The notes under the pieces were generated by a model. That model saw only the letters and a program-made list of their open reading frames with translations, searched no databases and was not told the origin of the DNA. Both the position numbers and the translations under genes were made by a program. Shown here in pieces: positions 1 to 12,904 of a stretch of 64,000 bases of DNA (the first letter of the stretch is position 1; every line of letters starts with the position of its first letter). Source of the stretch: Squalus acanthias (Eukaryota); the NCBI GenBank assembly GCA_030390025.1, contig CM059426.1, forward strand, positions 176,328,001 to 176,392,000, written 5' to 3'.

Positions 1-491
1 AATTTCTGGGAAAACAAATCAATGTGAAAATGATCTGGGGCAGCCACCTTATCAAAGGGAGGGATGGTGGTGCAGTTGGTGCCAGTTTTTCAATGTTGGG
101 GCAGTGACAAGTTGTTGCGGCAGAGTAGAGGGAGCTTTACTCTGGATGTGCAATATCTGATCTGGGACTGCTAAAACCTGATACTGGGAGAGGAAAAGTG
201 GTGAAAAATTCCCCCGCAGTGACGTGGGTCAACCCCGCTGAGCACCAGTTCCTGTAACATCATGCATTTATCCATTGTCTTTCATAGCGCCATTCTGAGT
301 TTAAATTATTCAGCATGTAGGCATTTGTAAGATCCCATTTTACAGAGAATGATAATGATTGCAAAGTAGAAATGTCAATTAAAAATAGTTTCTGTATCTG
401 ATTAGTTCCCTTTCCCCTTGAGTCTGATTTCAAATATTCATTGCTGTTTTAGTATCCTTGATGCTCAGGTACCTGTCTTCCTTTGTTTCAG

Positions 492-548
492 GTACTTTGG
501 AGAAAGTGAAGCAAGGCTGAGACAGATCTTTGCAGAGGCCACTCAATG
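492..548 (+). CDS. AFG2A: AFG2A/SPATA5 internal coding exon (YFGESEARLRQIFAEATQ), D1 AAA domain
   Basis: tttcAG acceptor at 490-491, GTaatt donor at 549; 57 bp, phase 2/2; peptide resembles the recalled SPATA5 segment FYGETEAKLRQIFAEAT. Confidence 0.9.
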
Positions 549-890
549 GTAATTCAGTGAGCGAAATTCAAATGACTGTAATTAGCACAAAAGTTTAATA
601 GAACTATAGACATTTACAACACAGGAGTCCATTTGACCCATTGTGACTATGCTAGAGCTCTTTGCTAGAGCAATCCAAAACGAATCCCATTGCCCCACTC
701 TTTCCCCATAGCTGTATATCTTCTGCTTCAAATATTTATCCAATTTTCCCTTAAAAGATGGAATGATCTTTGTCTCAACAACTCTGTGGTAGAGCATTCC
801 ATGCTCCAACAACCCTCTAAGTAATAACATTTCTCCTAACTCTCTTGGGGATTATTTAAAATTGATGACTCCTCAACCAGAGGACACATA

Positions 891-1537
891 GGGGGAAAAA
901 TTTGGTTGCTTTGCGCCTCCCATTAGCGCTCCCTCGGGTAGCCGGTAGTGCACTGCGGCGCTGTGCCTTCGGCGATGATGTCATCACCGTGCGCAGCACG
1001 CCGCTCGCGCCTAGGCCACAAACTTGGCCCCTGACCTACCACCGGACGCTATGTCCGACAGGGTCAGGGTGGTGTTGGGCTGGCACTAATTAAAGGGCAG
1101 GTGCCGGTGGTCATCTTTGTTTTGGGCCGCCTGCCAGCGCCTGCCCCCTCTGGCCTCCTCCTGCGGGGTGCCGGCCGCGATCCATCAGCCCGCACTCCTC
1201 TTGAGTGCCGGGCTCTTTTGCCGGCACCCCGCTCCCTGGTGGTCCGGCAGGGCCCCGGTGCGCGCTGCGGTAAGCCCCGCCCCTTTAATCAGGGGAGGGA
1301 GGCCTGCAGTACCGCGGCGCTACGTGCCGGCATGCATGGCGCTGCTGCGCGTAGCGCCGCGATATTCAATGGGAGCGCCCCAAGAGGAAGGGGGAGCGCT
1401 TCCAGTAACACCCTGCCTCCTGTTTGGGGCGCTACCATTGAATTTCGGGTGTGGGGGTGCTAACATTTTCGAGGCGCTAAAAGTAGCGCCCCGGCGAAGT
1501 TATCGCCCCAAAGGGGAAGCAAGCCAATGTTCCCCCC
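891..1537. mobile_element. Harbinger-type MITE, GC-rich, 647 bp
   Basis: Imperfect TIRs GGGGGAAAAATTTGGTTGCTT / rc GGGGGGAACATTGGCTTGCTT; 3-bp TSD ATA (888-890, 1538-1540); interrupts CR1. Confidence 0.8.
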
Positions 1538-2279
1538 ATAGTCTTTGCCTATTCACTCTATAAAAATCCTTCAGAATTTTAAAAACCTCTATTATATCTC
1601 ATTTTAGCCTTTACTGCTCCGGTGGCAATAGTCCCAGTATCACAAATCTCTGCTCGTTGCTATAGGTTTCTATCCCTCTCATCATCCTGGTGAATCTAGG
1701 TTTACACTCTATGGCTTTAATGGAATGCCCAAAACTGCACACAGTACTCTAACAGTGGCAAAACAAATGTTTTGTACAAATGTATTATATTTTCTCTGGT
1801 ACTCTATGCCCCTACTTAAAAACCCAAAATGCTGTTGGTGTTTTTTAATGGCTTTTTTTTAACTTGCACTTTCAGGAAGTGAGGTATTTGAACCTCCTGA
1901 GTTTCACTGGTCATCCACATCCGTTAGCATCTTTTCTTTGAGTATATAACTCCTATTTGCTATTTTTCCTCCAAAAAGTATCACCTCAAACTTATTCACA
2001 TTGAATAGCATTTTCCTCCACTGTGTCCATTCTGCCTGTCTTCCTGAGTCTTTTACAGTCCTCCTCAATGTTTGCCAAATGCCCTACTTTTGTGTCATCA
2101 ACAAACTTCAAGATTGTGCTCCCTATACCAAAGTCGAAATTATTTATATATACCAAGAACAGAAGTGGACCCACCACTGACCTACGGTGTATACCACTGC
2201 CAATCCTTCTCCAATTCTAATAACACCTATTTACCTTAATTCTTTATTTCCAGTCCGCTAACTTTTTATCCATGCTGCT

Positions 2280-3496
2280 CTCTTCTCTCTTAGGCAGTCC
2301 CTCGGAACCGAGGATGACTTGCTTCCACACTAGAAATGAGTTCTCAGGTGGCTGGTGAGTCCAATGCGGGACCTACAGTCTCTGTCACAGGTGGGGCAGA
2401 CGGTTGTTGAAGGGGCGGGTGGGTGCGGTGCTTGGATTGACGTGCGCTCTTTCCGCTGTTTGCGCTTGGCTTCCGCTTGCTCCCAGCGAAGAGACTCGAA
2501 GTGTTCGGCGGCTTCCCGGATGCTTCTCCTCCACTTTGTGCCGTCTTGTGCCAGGGATTCCCAGGTGTCAGTGGGGATGTTGCATTTTTTCAAGGAGGCT
2601 TTGAGGGTGTCCTTGAAGCGTTTCCTCTGCCCACCTGGGGCTCTCTGGCCGTGTCGGAGCTCCGAGTAGAGCGCTTGTTTTGGGAGTCTCGTATCAGGCA
2701 TGCAGACGATGTGGCCCGTCCATCGGAGCTGATCGAGCGTGGTCAAAGCTTCGATGCTGGGGATGTTGGCCTGAGCGAGAACACTGACGTTGGTGCGCCT
2801 ATCCTGCCAATGAATTTGCAGGATCTTGCGGAGGCTGCGTTGATGGTACCTCTCCAGTGCTTTGAGATGCCTGCTGTACATGGTCCATGTCTCTCAGGCA
2901 TACAGGAGGGCGGGTATCACTACTGCTCTGTAGACCATGAGCTTAGTGCCGGGTTTGAGGTCCTGGTCTTCAAACACTCTCTTCTTCAGGTGACCGAAGG
3001 CTGTACTGGCACACTGAAGGCGGTGTTGGACTTCGTCATCGACGTCTGCCCTTGTTGACAGTAGGCTCCCGAGGTATGGAAAGTGGTCCATGTTGTCCAA
3101 GGCCTCGTCGTGGATTTTGATAATCGGGGGGCAGTACTGTGTGGCGGGGGCAGGTTGGTAGAGGACCTTTGTCTTACGGAAGTTTAGTGTGAGGCCCATG
3201 CTCTCATACGCTTCTTTGAAGGTGTTGACGATGGTTTGGCGTTCGATCTCCGAGTGTGCGCAGACGCAAGCGTCGTCTGCATACTGTAATTCGACGACAG
3301 AGGAAGGGACGACCTTGGATCTGGACTGGAGGCGACGGAGGTTGAATAGTTTCCCGTTTGTTCTGTAGATTAGCTCCACTCCAGCGGGGAGCTTACTGAG
3401 GGTGAGATGAAGCATTGCAGCAAGGAAGATCGAGAAGAGCGTTGGTGCGATGACACAGCCTTGCTTGATCCTGGTCCGTACTTGAATTGGGTTCGA
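2280..3496 (-). mobile_element. 5'-truncated RTE-clade LINE (RT C-terminal half + C2H2 finger)
   Basis: ORFs 2894-3499 and 2330-2881 are in one frame separated by a single TGA; IKQGCVIAPTLF, LQYADD, CPTCDRDCRSRIGLTSHLRTH; TSD CATGCTGCT at 2271-2279 and 3497-3505; short AG-rich tail. Confidence 0.92.
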
Positions 3497-6400
3497 CATG
3501 CTGCTACATTTTCCCTCGTACCCTAAGCTGAAATTTTTCTAACAATCTTCTTGTGAGACACCTTATCAAAAACCTGAAAATCCATATGGACTGCATCTAC
3601 TTTATTCCCCTTATCTATGTAATTAATCACCTCTGCAAAAAACTCTTCAGATTTGTCAAATGCAACTTGCTTTTACCAAATCCATGTTGGCTTGATTAAC
3701 CTATGCATTTCTACTTACTTTAATTGTATCTTGAATTATGAATTTTAAGAATTTTCAAAAAGAACTGGCACTATCTATAGTTAACTGATTTATCCCTTGA
3801 ACAAAGGTGTTACACATCTCCCCTCATTTCTTTCAACAGCCTAAACTACATGTGACCAGGGCCTGGTGATTTATGAAACTAGAGTTCTGCTCATTTTCTT
3901 CAAAATAAATCATTTTCTAGTTACCTCTAACAATTGTTTCATATCCTCCTCTGTTACACTTACATTCTCACTTTCACCATCATTTTTGAAAACCAATGCA
4001 AAATATTTATTTAATATCTCTGCCATACTTTCATAAGAACATAAGAATTAGGAGCAGGAGTAGGCTATACGGCCCCTCGAGCCTGCTCCGCCATTCAATA
4101 AGATCATGGCTGATCTTCGATCTCAACTCCACTTTCCCGCCCTATCCCCATATCCCTTAATTCCTCTGGCATCCAAAATTCTATCTATCTCAGCCTTGAA
4201 TATACTCAACAACTGAGCATCCACAGCCCTTTGGGGCAGAGAATTCCAAAGATTCACAACCCTCTGAGTGAAGAAATTCTTCCTCATCTCAGACTTAAAA
4301 GGCCGGCCCCTTATCCTGAGACTATGCCCCCTAGTTCTAGCCTCTCCAGCCAGGGGAAACAATCTCTCAGCATCTACCCTGTCAATCCCCTCAGAATCTT
4401 ATATGTTTCAATGAGATCACCTCTCATTCTTCTAAACTCCAGAGAGTATGGGCCCATTCTACACAATCTCTCATCATAGGACAACCCTCTCATCCCAGGA
4501 ATCAATCGAGTGAACCTTCGTTGCACCGCCTCTAAGGCAAGTATATCATAAGAACATAAGTACATAAGAAATAGGAGCAGGATTAGGCCACTTGGCCCCT
4601 CAAGCCTGCTCTGCCATTCAATAAGATCATGGCTGATCTTGGGCTCAAAGCCACTTCCCCGCCCGCTCCCCATAACCCTTCACTCCCTTATCTTGCAAAA
4701 ATCTGTATATCTCCACCTTAAATGTATTTAATGACCCAGCCTCCACAGCTCTCTGGGGCAGAGAATTCCACAGATTTACGACCCTCTGAGAGAAGAAATT
4801 CCTCCTCATCTCAGTTCTAAAAGGGTGACCCTTTATTCTAAAACTGTGCCCCCGAGTTCTAGATTTCCCCACGAGGGGAAACATCCTCTCTGCATCTACC
4901 TTGTCGAGCCCCCTCAGTATCTTATATGTTTCAATAAGATCACCTCTCATTCTTCTAAATTCCAATGAGTATAGGCCCAGCCTGCTCAACCTTTCCTCAT
5001 AAGTCAACCCCCTCATCTCTGGAATTAACCTAATGAATCGTCTCTGAACTGCCTCCAATGCAAGTATATCCTTCCTTAAATAAGGAGACCAAAACTGTAC
5101 GCAGTACTCAAGGTGTGGTCTCACCAATACCCTGTAGAGTTGTAGCAGGACTTCCCTGTTTTTATACTCCAACTCCTTTGAAATAAAGGCCAACATTCCA
5201 TTTGCATTTTTGATTACTTGCTGTACCTGCATGCTAACTTTGTGTTTCATGCACAAGGACCCCCAGTTCACTTTGAACTGTAGCATTTTGTAATCTCTCT
5301 CCATTTAAATAATAATTTGCTTTTTTATTTTTCCTGCCAAAGTGTAAAACCTCGCACTTTCCCACATTATACTTCATCTGCCAAATGTTTGCCCACTCAC
5401 TTAGCCTGTCTATATCCCTTTGCAGATTCTTTGAGTCCTCTGCACAACTTGCTTTCCCTCCCATCTTTGTATCGCCCGCAAACTTGGCTACATTACACTC
5501 GGTCACTTCATCCAAGTTATTAATGTAGATTGTAAATAGTTGTGGCACCCCACTAGTTACCGTTTGCCAACCGGAAAATGACCCATTTATCCCGACTCTC
5601 TGCTTTCTGTTAGTTAGCCAATTCTCTATCCATGCTAATATATTGCCCCCAATTCCGTGAGCTCTTATCTTATGCAGTAACCTTTTATGTGGCACCTTAT
5701 CGAATGCCTTCTGGAAATCCAAATACACCACATCTACTGGTTCACCTTTGTCCACCCTGCTCGTTACATCCTCAAAGAACTCCAGCAAATTTGTTAAACA
5801 TGATTTCCCTTTCATAAAACCATGCTGACTCTGCCTGACTGCATTATGATTTTCCAAATGCCTTGCTACTGCTTCCTTAATGAAGGACTCCAGCATTTTC
5901 CCAATGACAGATGTTAGGCTAACTGGTCTATAGTTTCCTGCTTTCTGTCTCCCTCCTTTCTTAAATAGGGGTGTTACATTTGCGGTTTTCCAATCCGCTG
6001 GGACCTCTCCAGAGTCCAGGGAATTTTGGTATATTGCAACCAATGCATCCACTATCTCTGCATCCACTATCTCTGCAGCCACTTCTTTTAAGACCCTGGG
6101 CTGCAGGCCATCTGGTCCAGGGGACTTGTCGCCTTTTAGTCCCATTATTTTATCAAGTACTATTTCCCTAGTGATAGTGATTGTCTTTAGTTCCCCCCTC
6201 CCTGTGGCCCCTTGATTATCCATTATTGGGATGTTGTTAGTGTCTTCTACAGTGAAGACCGATACAAAATATTTGTTCAGAGTCTCTGCCATTATTAATT
6301 CCCCAGTCTCATCCTCTCAGGGACCAATGTTTACTTTAGCTACCCTCTTCCTTTTTATATACCTGTAGAAGCTCTTACTATCTGTTTTAATGTTTCTTGC

Positions 6401-7536
6401 CAGTTTTCTCTCATAATAATTAATCTTTTTTTTAGTCATCCTTTGCAGGTTTTAAAAATTTCCCAATCCTCTGGTCTCCCACCAATCTTGGCAACATTGT
6501 ATACCTTCGTTTTCAATTTGATACCATCCTTTACTTCCTTAGTTAGCCACGGATGGTGCTCCCTTCTCTTAAAATCTTTCTTTCTCACTTGAATATATTT
6601 TTGTTGAGAGTTATGAAATATCTCCTTAAATGTCCGCCACTGCATTTCAACTGTCTTACCCTTTAATTTATGTTTCCAGTCCACTTTAGCCAGTTCTGCC
6701 CTCATGCCATTGTAATTGCCTTTGTTTAAGATCAGGACACTGGTTTGAGATATAACTTTCTCACCCTCCAACTGAATTTGAAATTCAACCATGCTATGAT
6801 CACTCTTTCCTAGAGGATCATTTATTAATTTTGTCTCATTACACAGTACCAGATTCAAGATAGCCTGCTCCCTGGTTGGTTCCATTGCATACTGTTCTAG
6901 GAAACCATCTTGGATGCACTCTATGAACTCCTCCTCAAGACTACCATGGCCAATTTGATTACAGGCCTCCATTATTTGTTGATTTATACTCTGTCCAACA
7001 GTATTGCTACTGTTCGGGGGCCTGTAGACTACACCCACCAGAGACTTTTTCCATTTATTATTTTTTATCTCCACCCAAACCGATTCTACATCTTGATCTT
7101 CTGATCCAATATCACTTCTCACCACTGCACTGATCCCATCCTTTACCAACAAAGCCACCCCACCTCCCTTTCCTTTCTGTCTATCCTTCCGAATTGTCAG
7201 ATACCCTGGAATATTCAGTTCCCAGCCCTGATCACCTTGCAACCACGTCTCTGTAATGGCAATCAGATCATACCCATTTGTATCTATTTGTGCCGTCAAC
7301 TCATCTATCTTGTTATGAATGCTGCGTGCATTCAGATATAGAGCTTTTAACTTTGTATTTTTACCATTTCTCCTTGTTTTGGCCCCATTTTCTGTTGCAC
7401 TCTTATTTTTAAACATTCTGTCCCTTCCTGTCACACTCTGGTTATTATTTCCCCAATCTCTATCCTGCTCTATTGTTTTCTCATTTCTCATTGACTTTTT
7501 AAATTCCCGCTCACCTGGATCCTCCCCCCCCACTGT

Positions 7537-8499
7537 TTAGTTTAAAGCCCTCTCTACAGCCCTAGTTATTCGATTTGCCAGGACTCTAGCCCCAGCATGG
7601 TTCAAGTGAAGCCCGTCCAAATGGAACAGCTCCCTCTTATCCCAGTACTGGTGCCAGTGCCCCACAAATCGAAACCCATTTCTCCCACACCAGTCTTTGA
7701 GCCACTCGTTCATTTCTCTGATCTTATTTACCCTATGCAAATTCGCTCGTGGCTCAGGTAGTAATCCAGAGATTATTACCTTTGTTGGTCTGCTTTTTAA
7801 TTTAGCCCCTAGCTGCTCATACTCTCTCAGCAGAACCTCTTTCTTTGTCCTACCTATGTCATTGGTGCCTACGTGGACCATGACAACTGGATCCTCCCCC
7901 TCCCACTCCAAGTTCCTCTTCAGCCCAGAGGAGATGTCCTTAACCCTGGCACCAGGCAGGCAACACAGCCTTCGGGACTCACGCTCTCGGCTGCAGAGAA
8001 CAGTATCTATCCCCCTAACTATACTGTCCCCTATCACTACAACATTTCTTTTTACTCCCCCCACTTGAATGGCTCCCTGTACCACGGTGCTGTGGTCAGA
8101 TTGCTCATCCTCCCTGCAGTCCCTGCCCTCGTCCACACAGGGAGCAAGAATCTCATACGTGTTTGACAAGGCCAAGGTCAAGGGCTGAGGCTCCTCCATC
8201 ACTACCTCCTGCATCCCAATACCTGCCTCACTTGTAGTCACACCCTCCTGTCCCTGACCATGGGCCAAATTGGAAGTAATTACTCTGGTGGATGTGACTG
8301 CCTTCTGGAACTTAGCGTCTAGGTAATGCTCCCCCTCCCTAATGTGTCGCAGTGTCCGAAGCTCGGACTCCAACTCATCAACTCTGAGCCGAAGTTCCTC
8401 GAGCAGCCAACATTTGCTGCAGATGTGGTCGCCTTGGACCTCAATGGTGTCCACCAGCTCCCACATGCAACAACAATATTGCCTGGTCTCCCATCTCAA
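7537..8499 (-). CDS. CR1 ORF1 protein: Cys zinc-finger/leucine zipper + SGNH esterase domain
   Basis: CCCM...HICSKC followed by heptad Leu; VIGDSIVR, CLPGA, HVGTND, DGLHLN esterase blocks; true start uncertain. Confidence 0.85.
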   Translation of the reverse strand: MRWETRQYCCCMWELVDTIEVQGDHICSKCWLLEELRLRVDELESELRTLRHIREGEHYLDAKFQKAVTSTRVITSNLAHGQGQEGVTTSEAGIGMQEVVMEEPQPLTLALSNTYEILAPCVDEGRDCREDEQSDHSTVVQGAIQVGGVKRNVVVIGDSIVRGIDTVLCSRERESRRLCCLPGARVKDISSGLKRNLEWEGEDPVVMVHVGTNDIGRTKKEVLLREYEQLGAKLKSRPTKVIISGLLPEPRANLHRVNKIREMNEWLKDWCGRNGFRFVGHWHQYWDKRELFHLDGLHLNHAGARVLANRITRAVERALN

Positions 8500-8689
8500 T
8501 TAATTAATTAATTCGTTTTAAAATTTGGAACACGTATATCTTTTAATCTACACCAAGGCACTTAAATTTAGACTCCCAAGTTTGGAAAAAAAGCGAGAAA
8601 TATAGAAATACTCACCAACCAATCACTTACCTGCTTTCTGGTGACATCACACTTCGATTACTTTTTACTTCTTTACACTCCCTGGTCTG

Positions 8690-9951
8690 TTGTGCCCGCT
8701 CTCCCGGGCTCCCGCTCTCCTGGGCTCCCGCTCTCCTGGGCTGCCGCTCACCGTTAGTAGCTCCGAACTCTCGCTCTCTCCTGGGCTCCCGCTCACCTTT
8801 AGAGCGCCGAACTCTCATGCTCTCCTGGGCTCCCGCTCACCTTTAGTAACTCTGAACTCTAGCGCTCTCCTGGGCTCCCGCTCACTTTTAGTGACTCCGA
8901 ACTCTCCCGCTCTCCTGGGCTCCCGCTCACCTTTAGTAGCTCCGAACTCTCCCGCTCTCCTGGGCTCCCGCTCACCTTTAGTAGCTCCGAACTCTCGCTC
9001 TCTCCTGACCTCCCGCTCACCTTTAGTAGTTCCGAACTCTCGCTCTCTCCTGGGCTCCCGCTCACCTTTAGTAGTTCCGAACTCTCGCTCTCTCCTGGGC
9101 TCCCGCTCACCTTTAGTAGTTCCGAACTCTCGCTCTCTCCCGGGCTCCCGCTCACCTTTAGTAGTTCCGAACTCTCGCTCTCTCCCGGGCTCCCGCTCAC
9201 CTTTAGTAGTTCCGAACTCTCGCTCTCTCCCGGGCTCCCGCTCACCTTTAGTAGTTCCGAACTCTCGCTCTCTCCTGACCTCCCGCTCACCTTTAGTAGT
9301 TCCGAACTCTCGCTCTCTCCTGACCTCCCGCTCACCTTTAGTAACTCTGAACTCTCGCGCTCTCCCGGGCTCCCGCTCACCTTTAGTAGCTCCGAACTCT
9401 CGCTCTCTCCTGACCTCCCGCTCACCTTTAGTAACTCTGAACTCTCGCTCTCTCCTGGGCTCCCGCTCACCTTTAGTAGCTCCGAACTCTCGCGCTCTCC
9501 CGGGCTCCCGCTCACCTTTAGTAGTTCCGAACTCTCGCGCTCTCCTGGGCTCCCACTCACCTTTAGTAGCTCCGAACTCGGGCTCTCTCCTGGGCTCTCG
9601 CTCACCTTTAGTAGCTCCGAACTCTTGCGCTCTCCTGGGCTCCCGCTCACCTTTAGTAGTTCCGAACTCTTGCGCGCTCTCCTGGGCTCCTGCTCTCCGT
9701 TAGTAGCTCCGAACTCTCGCGCTCTCCTGGGCTCCCGCTCACCGTTCGTAGCTCCGAACTCTCGCTCTCTCCTGGGCTCCCGCTCACCATTAGTAGCTCT
9801 GAACTCTCGCGCTCTCCCGGGCTCCCGCTTACCTTTAGTAGCTCTGAACTCTCGCGCTCTCCCGGACTCCCGCTCACCTATAGTAGCTCCGAACTCTCGT
9901 GCTCTCCCGGGCTCCCGCTCACCTTTAGTAGCTCCGAACTCTCCCGCTCTC
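8690..9951. repeat. 45-bp tandem array (~26-27 units) forming the 5' end of the CR1
   Basis: Unit CTCCCGCTCACCTTTAGTAGTTCCGAACTCTCGCTCTCTCCTGGG; 15-aa periodicity in the ORF track. Confidence 0.95.
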
Positions 9952-12904
9952 CTTCCTTAAATAAGGAGACCAAAACTTTGCACAGTACTCCAGGTGTGGT
10001 CTCACCAAAGCCCTGTACAAATGTCGCAAGACTTCCTTACTCTTGTACTCCAACTCTTTAGCAATAAAGGCTAACATGCCATTTGCCTTCCTAATTGCTT
10101 GCTGTACCTGTATACTAACTCTCTGTGTTTCCTGTATGAGGACACCCAAATCTCTCTGAACACAAACATTTAATAGTTTCTCACCATTTAAAAAATATTC
10201 TGTTTTTCTATTTTCCTACCAAAGTGAATAACCTTACATTTCCCCACATTATATTCCATCTGTCACCTTACTGCCCACTCACTTAATCTATCTATATCCC
10301 TTTGCAGGCTCTTTGCATCCTCCGCACATCTTACTTTTCCACCTAGCTTTGTATCGTCAGCAAACTTGGATACGTTGCACTCGGTCTCTTCATCTAAGTC
10401 ATTAATATAGATTGTAAATAGCTGAGGCCCAAGCACTGATCGCTGCGGCACCCCACTAGTTACAGCCTGCCAATCTGAAAATGACCCGTTTATCCCGACT
10501 CTCTGTTTTCTGCCAGTTAACCAATCCTTTATCCATGCTAATACCTAACCCCCAACCCCATGTGCCCTTATCTTGCTTAACAACCTTTTATGTGGCACCT
10601 TATCGAATACCTTTTGGAAATCCAAATATACTGCATCCACTGGTTCCCCTTTATCTACCCTGCTAGTTACATCCTTAAAAAAACTCTAAATTTGCCAAAC
10701 ACGATTTATCGTGCATAAAACCATGTTGACTCTGTCTAATCATATTATGATTTTTCTAAGTACCCTGTTACCACTTCCTTAATAATGGATTCCAGCATTT
10801 TCCGACGACTGATGTCAGGCTAACTGGCCTGTAGTACCCAGATTTTTTTCTCTCCCCCCTTTCTTGAATAGCGGGGTTACATTTGCTACCTTCCAATCTG
10901 CTGGGACATTTCCTGAATCTAGGGAATTTTGGAAGATCACAACCAATGCATCCACTATCTCTGCAGCCACCTCTTTTAGAACCCGAGGATGTAGGCCATC
11001 AGGTCCAGGGGATTTGTTGGCTTTTTGTTCCATTAGTTTCTCTAGTACTTTTCTCTACTGATATTAATTACTTTAATTCCCTCGCTCTCATTAGACCCTT
11101 GGTTCCCCAGTATTTTTGGTATTTTTGTGTCTTCTACTGTGAAGACAGATACAAAATAATTGTTTAAAGCCTCTGCCATTTCCTTATTCCCCAATATAAT
11201 TTCTCCTGTCTCAGCCTCTAAGGGATCAATGCTTACTTTTGCGACTCTCTTCCTTTTTACATACTTTTACGTCCTCCCTCCTTCACCCGAGTGGTCCTAA
11301 CCTCTCTAAGTATTCTCTTACTTTTTATATGATTATAAAAGCCCTTGCTATTTCCTTTTTATATTTGCCTTTTTCATATCCCCTGTTATTCCTAATCTTT
11401 TTTTACCTCCATACCACATTTTCTATATTCCTCATGATTTTGTTTTTTTTGAATTATTAGCCCTAATTTTATCATAATGCTCCCCTTTAAATTTCATCTT
11501 AGTTTTAATCTTTCTATTTATCCATGGAACTCTGTTCATTGATGCACCCTCTTATCTTCTCGGAATATATTTATTTTGTCCTTTATTCATCTTGTATATG
11601 AAGATGTCCCACTGCTGATCTGTCGACCTGCTTGATAACTTTTCTGCCCAGTTCATTTGGGCCAGGTTCCTTCTTGTCTTGCTGAGCTTTGCTTTTTATT
11701 TTCAGTCCCTCACCTTTATTCTTGACTCTTTGCATTGAACTCAACCATGTTGTAATTATTTCCCAATTGTTCTCCTTTTGCCCCACTTCATTTCCCAGAA
11801 CTAAATCGAGCAATTCTTCATTCCTTGGAGTCGAAACATACTGATCCAGGAAGCAGTTCAGGATGCATTTTACAAAGTGTTCTCCACTTTGACCATGTGT
11901 GTGACCGTTACTCCAGTCTTTCTTGGGATAGATAAACTCGCCCTATATAATTACCCTGTTGTTCCTCCCTATCTCTGACCTGTCTGCAAATCTTCTCCTC
12001 TATCTACATTATTTGGTGACCTCAATGCACACCAAGAATTGTAGTATTTCTCTTCCTATTAATTCTGTCCAGATGGATTGTGTCTTACCACAACCCTCTG
12101 GAACATCCTTGTGTTTTTAGGGCTGTGATCGGATTATTTACTAATATTGCTATCGAACCTCTTTATAAATAATCAGAGTTGCTGCATAAAATGCTAACTG
12201 TTGCAATTAGAGATGCATACAATGGTATTGGTGCTGGCCCGTGCTCCTCAGTTTTTGTCTTTCTGTGCAGTCAAGCTTGTTCTTGAAGGCCAGCTGTGAT
12301 TCGACAGTTTCTCTGCAAAACTTGTCAGCACTGACTTAGTGAGAGGGGAATCGAAATTCAGCCAGCTCATTCATCATTCACAGTAGGAATTTTCTACATA
12401 CTGATTGAGATTTGGTCTGGTCTGGTAGTATTTTTAATTCTCTGAATATTAGCAAGGCTTTGGTTTGTGGTGGGGGTTGGGGGAGAGTGGAAGAGACACC
12501 AAGTCTGGCCTGATCATTTTCCGAGATTGGTACACACTGCTCCTCGTGCTGGGGAGCAGGCACCCTGAAGAGGCATTTCCCCTCACCTCGCATCACTCTA
12601 GAGTGTTTACGCCACATTTGAACTCAAATGAACATTCACAGAGCTCCCTTGAGGTGACTTTGAAACTAAAATTTAGAAAGTAATTGGCAATGCAAGAGAT
12701 GATTACCTATCAGTGATGGAACTTGCTCAGAATTACATTTCCTTTTTAAGAGAATGTCTCCATTTGCACTTGATGACATTTAGGGGCTGGGCGGGGGGGG
12801 GCGCGATGCAGGAGAGAATGGAGAAAGTATTTCACTTTCTTCCTAAACAAGAGTGTTTTAATTTTGCAGCAATGAGTTATAATCTTCTATAATGCATACC
12901 GCCG

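Larger units (their letters stand above)
4548..9951 (-). mobile_element. Near full-length CR1 LINE: 5' tandem array, ORF1, frameshifted ORF2 (APE + RT), 3' tail repeats
   Basis: ORF2 pieces 6436-7533 (YLNARS, ITETWL, VYRPP, SDH), 5234-6292 (RT) and 4645-5304; ORF1 immediately upstream. Confidence 0.92.
4032..11268 (-). mobile_element. 5'-truncated CR1 LINE (pieces 4032-4547 and ~9952-11268) interrupted by a near full-length CR1
   Basis: CATAAGAA tail repeats at 4032; ...GCAAGTATATC (4547) joins CTTCCTTAAATAAGG (~9952) to rebuild the usual CR1 sequence seen intact at 5060-5090; RT peptides [20 protein letters not shown]. Confidence 0.85.
590..12160 (-). mobile_element. Old degraded CR1 LINE (3' end near 590, RT ~1540-4030, APE-proximal part ~11270-12160), split by several younger insertions
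   Basis: Remnant peptides GPLLFLVYINNFD, KFVDDTKVG, LDLVLGNE; sequence resumes across each insertion. Confidence 0.7.

Noticed and set aside
2355-3058. Plus-strand ORFs overlapping the RTE (and similar antisense ORFs over CR1s)
   Set aside because: Shadow frames of LINE coding sequence with no recognisable motifs
8690-9960. 337-aa and 263-aa repetitive ORFs; superficial CRISPR-like periodicity
   Set aside because: The 45-bp unit is a multiple of 3 and lacks stops; there are no unique spacers and no cas genes, and the DNA is eukaryotic
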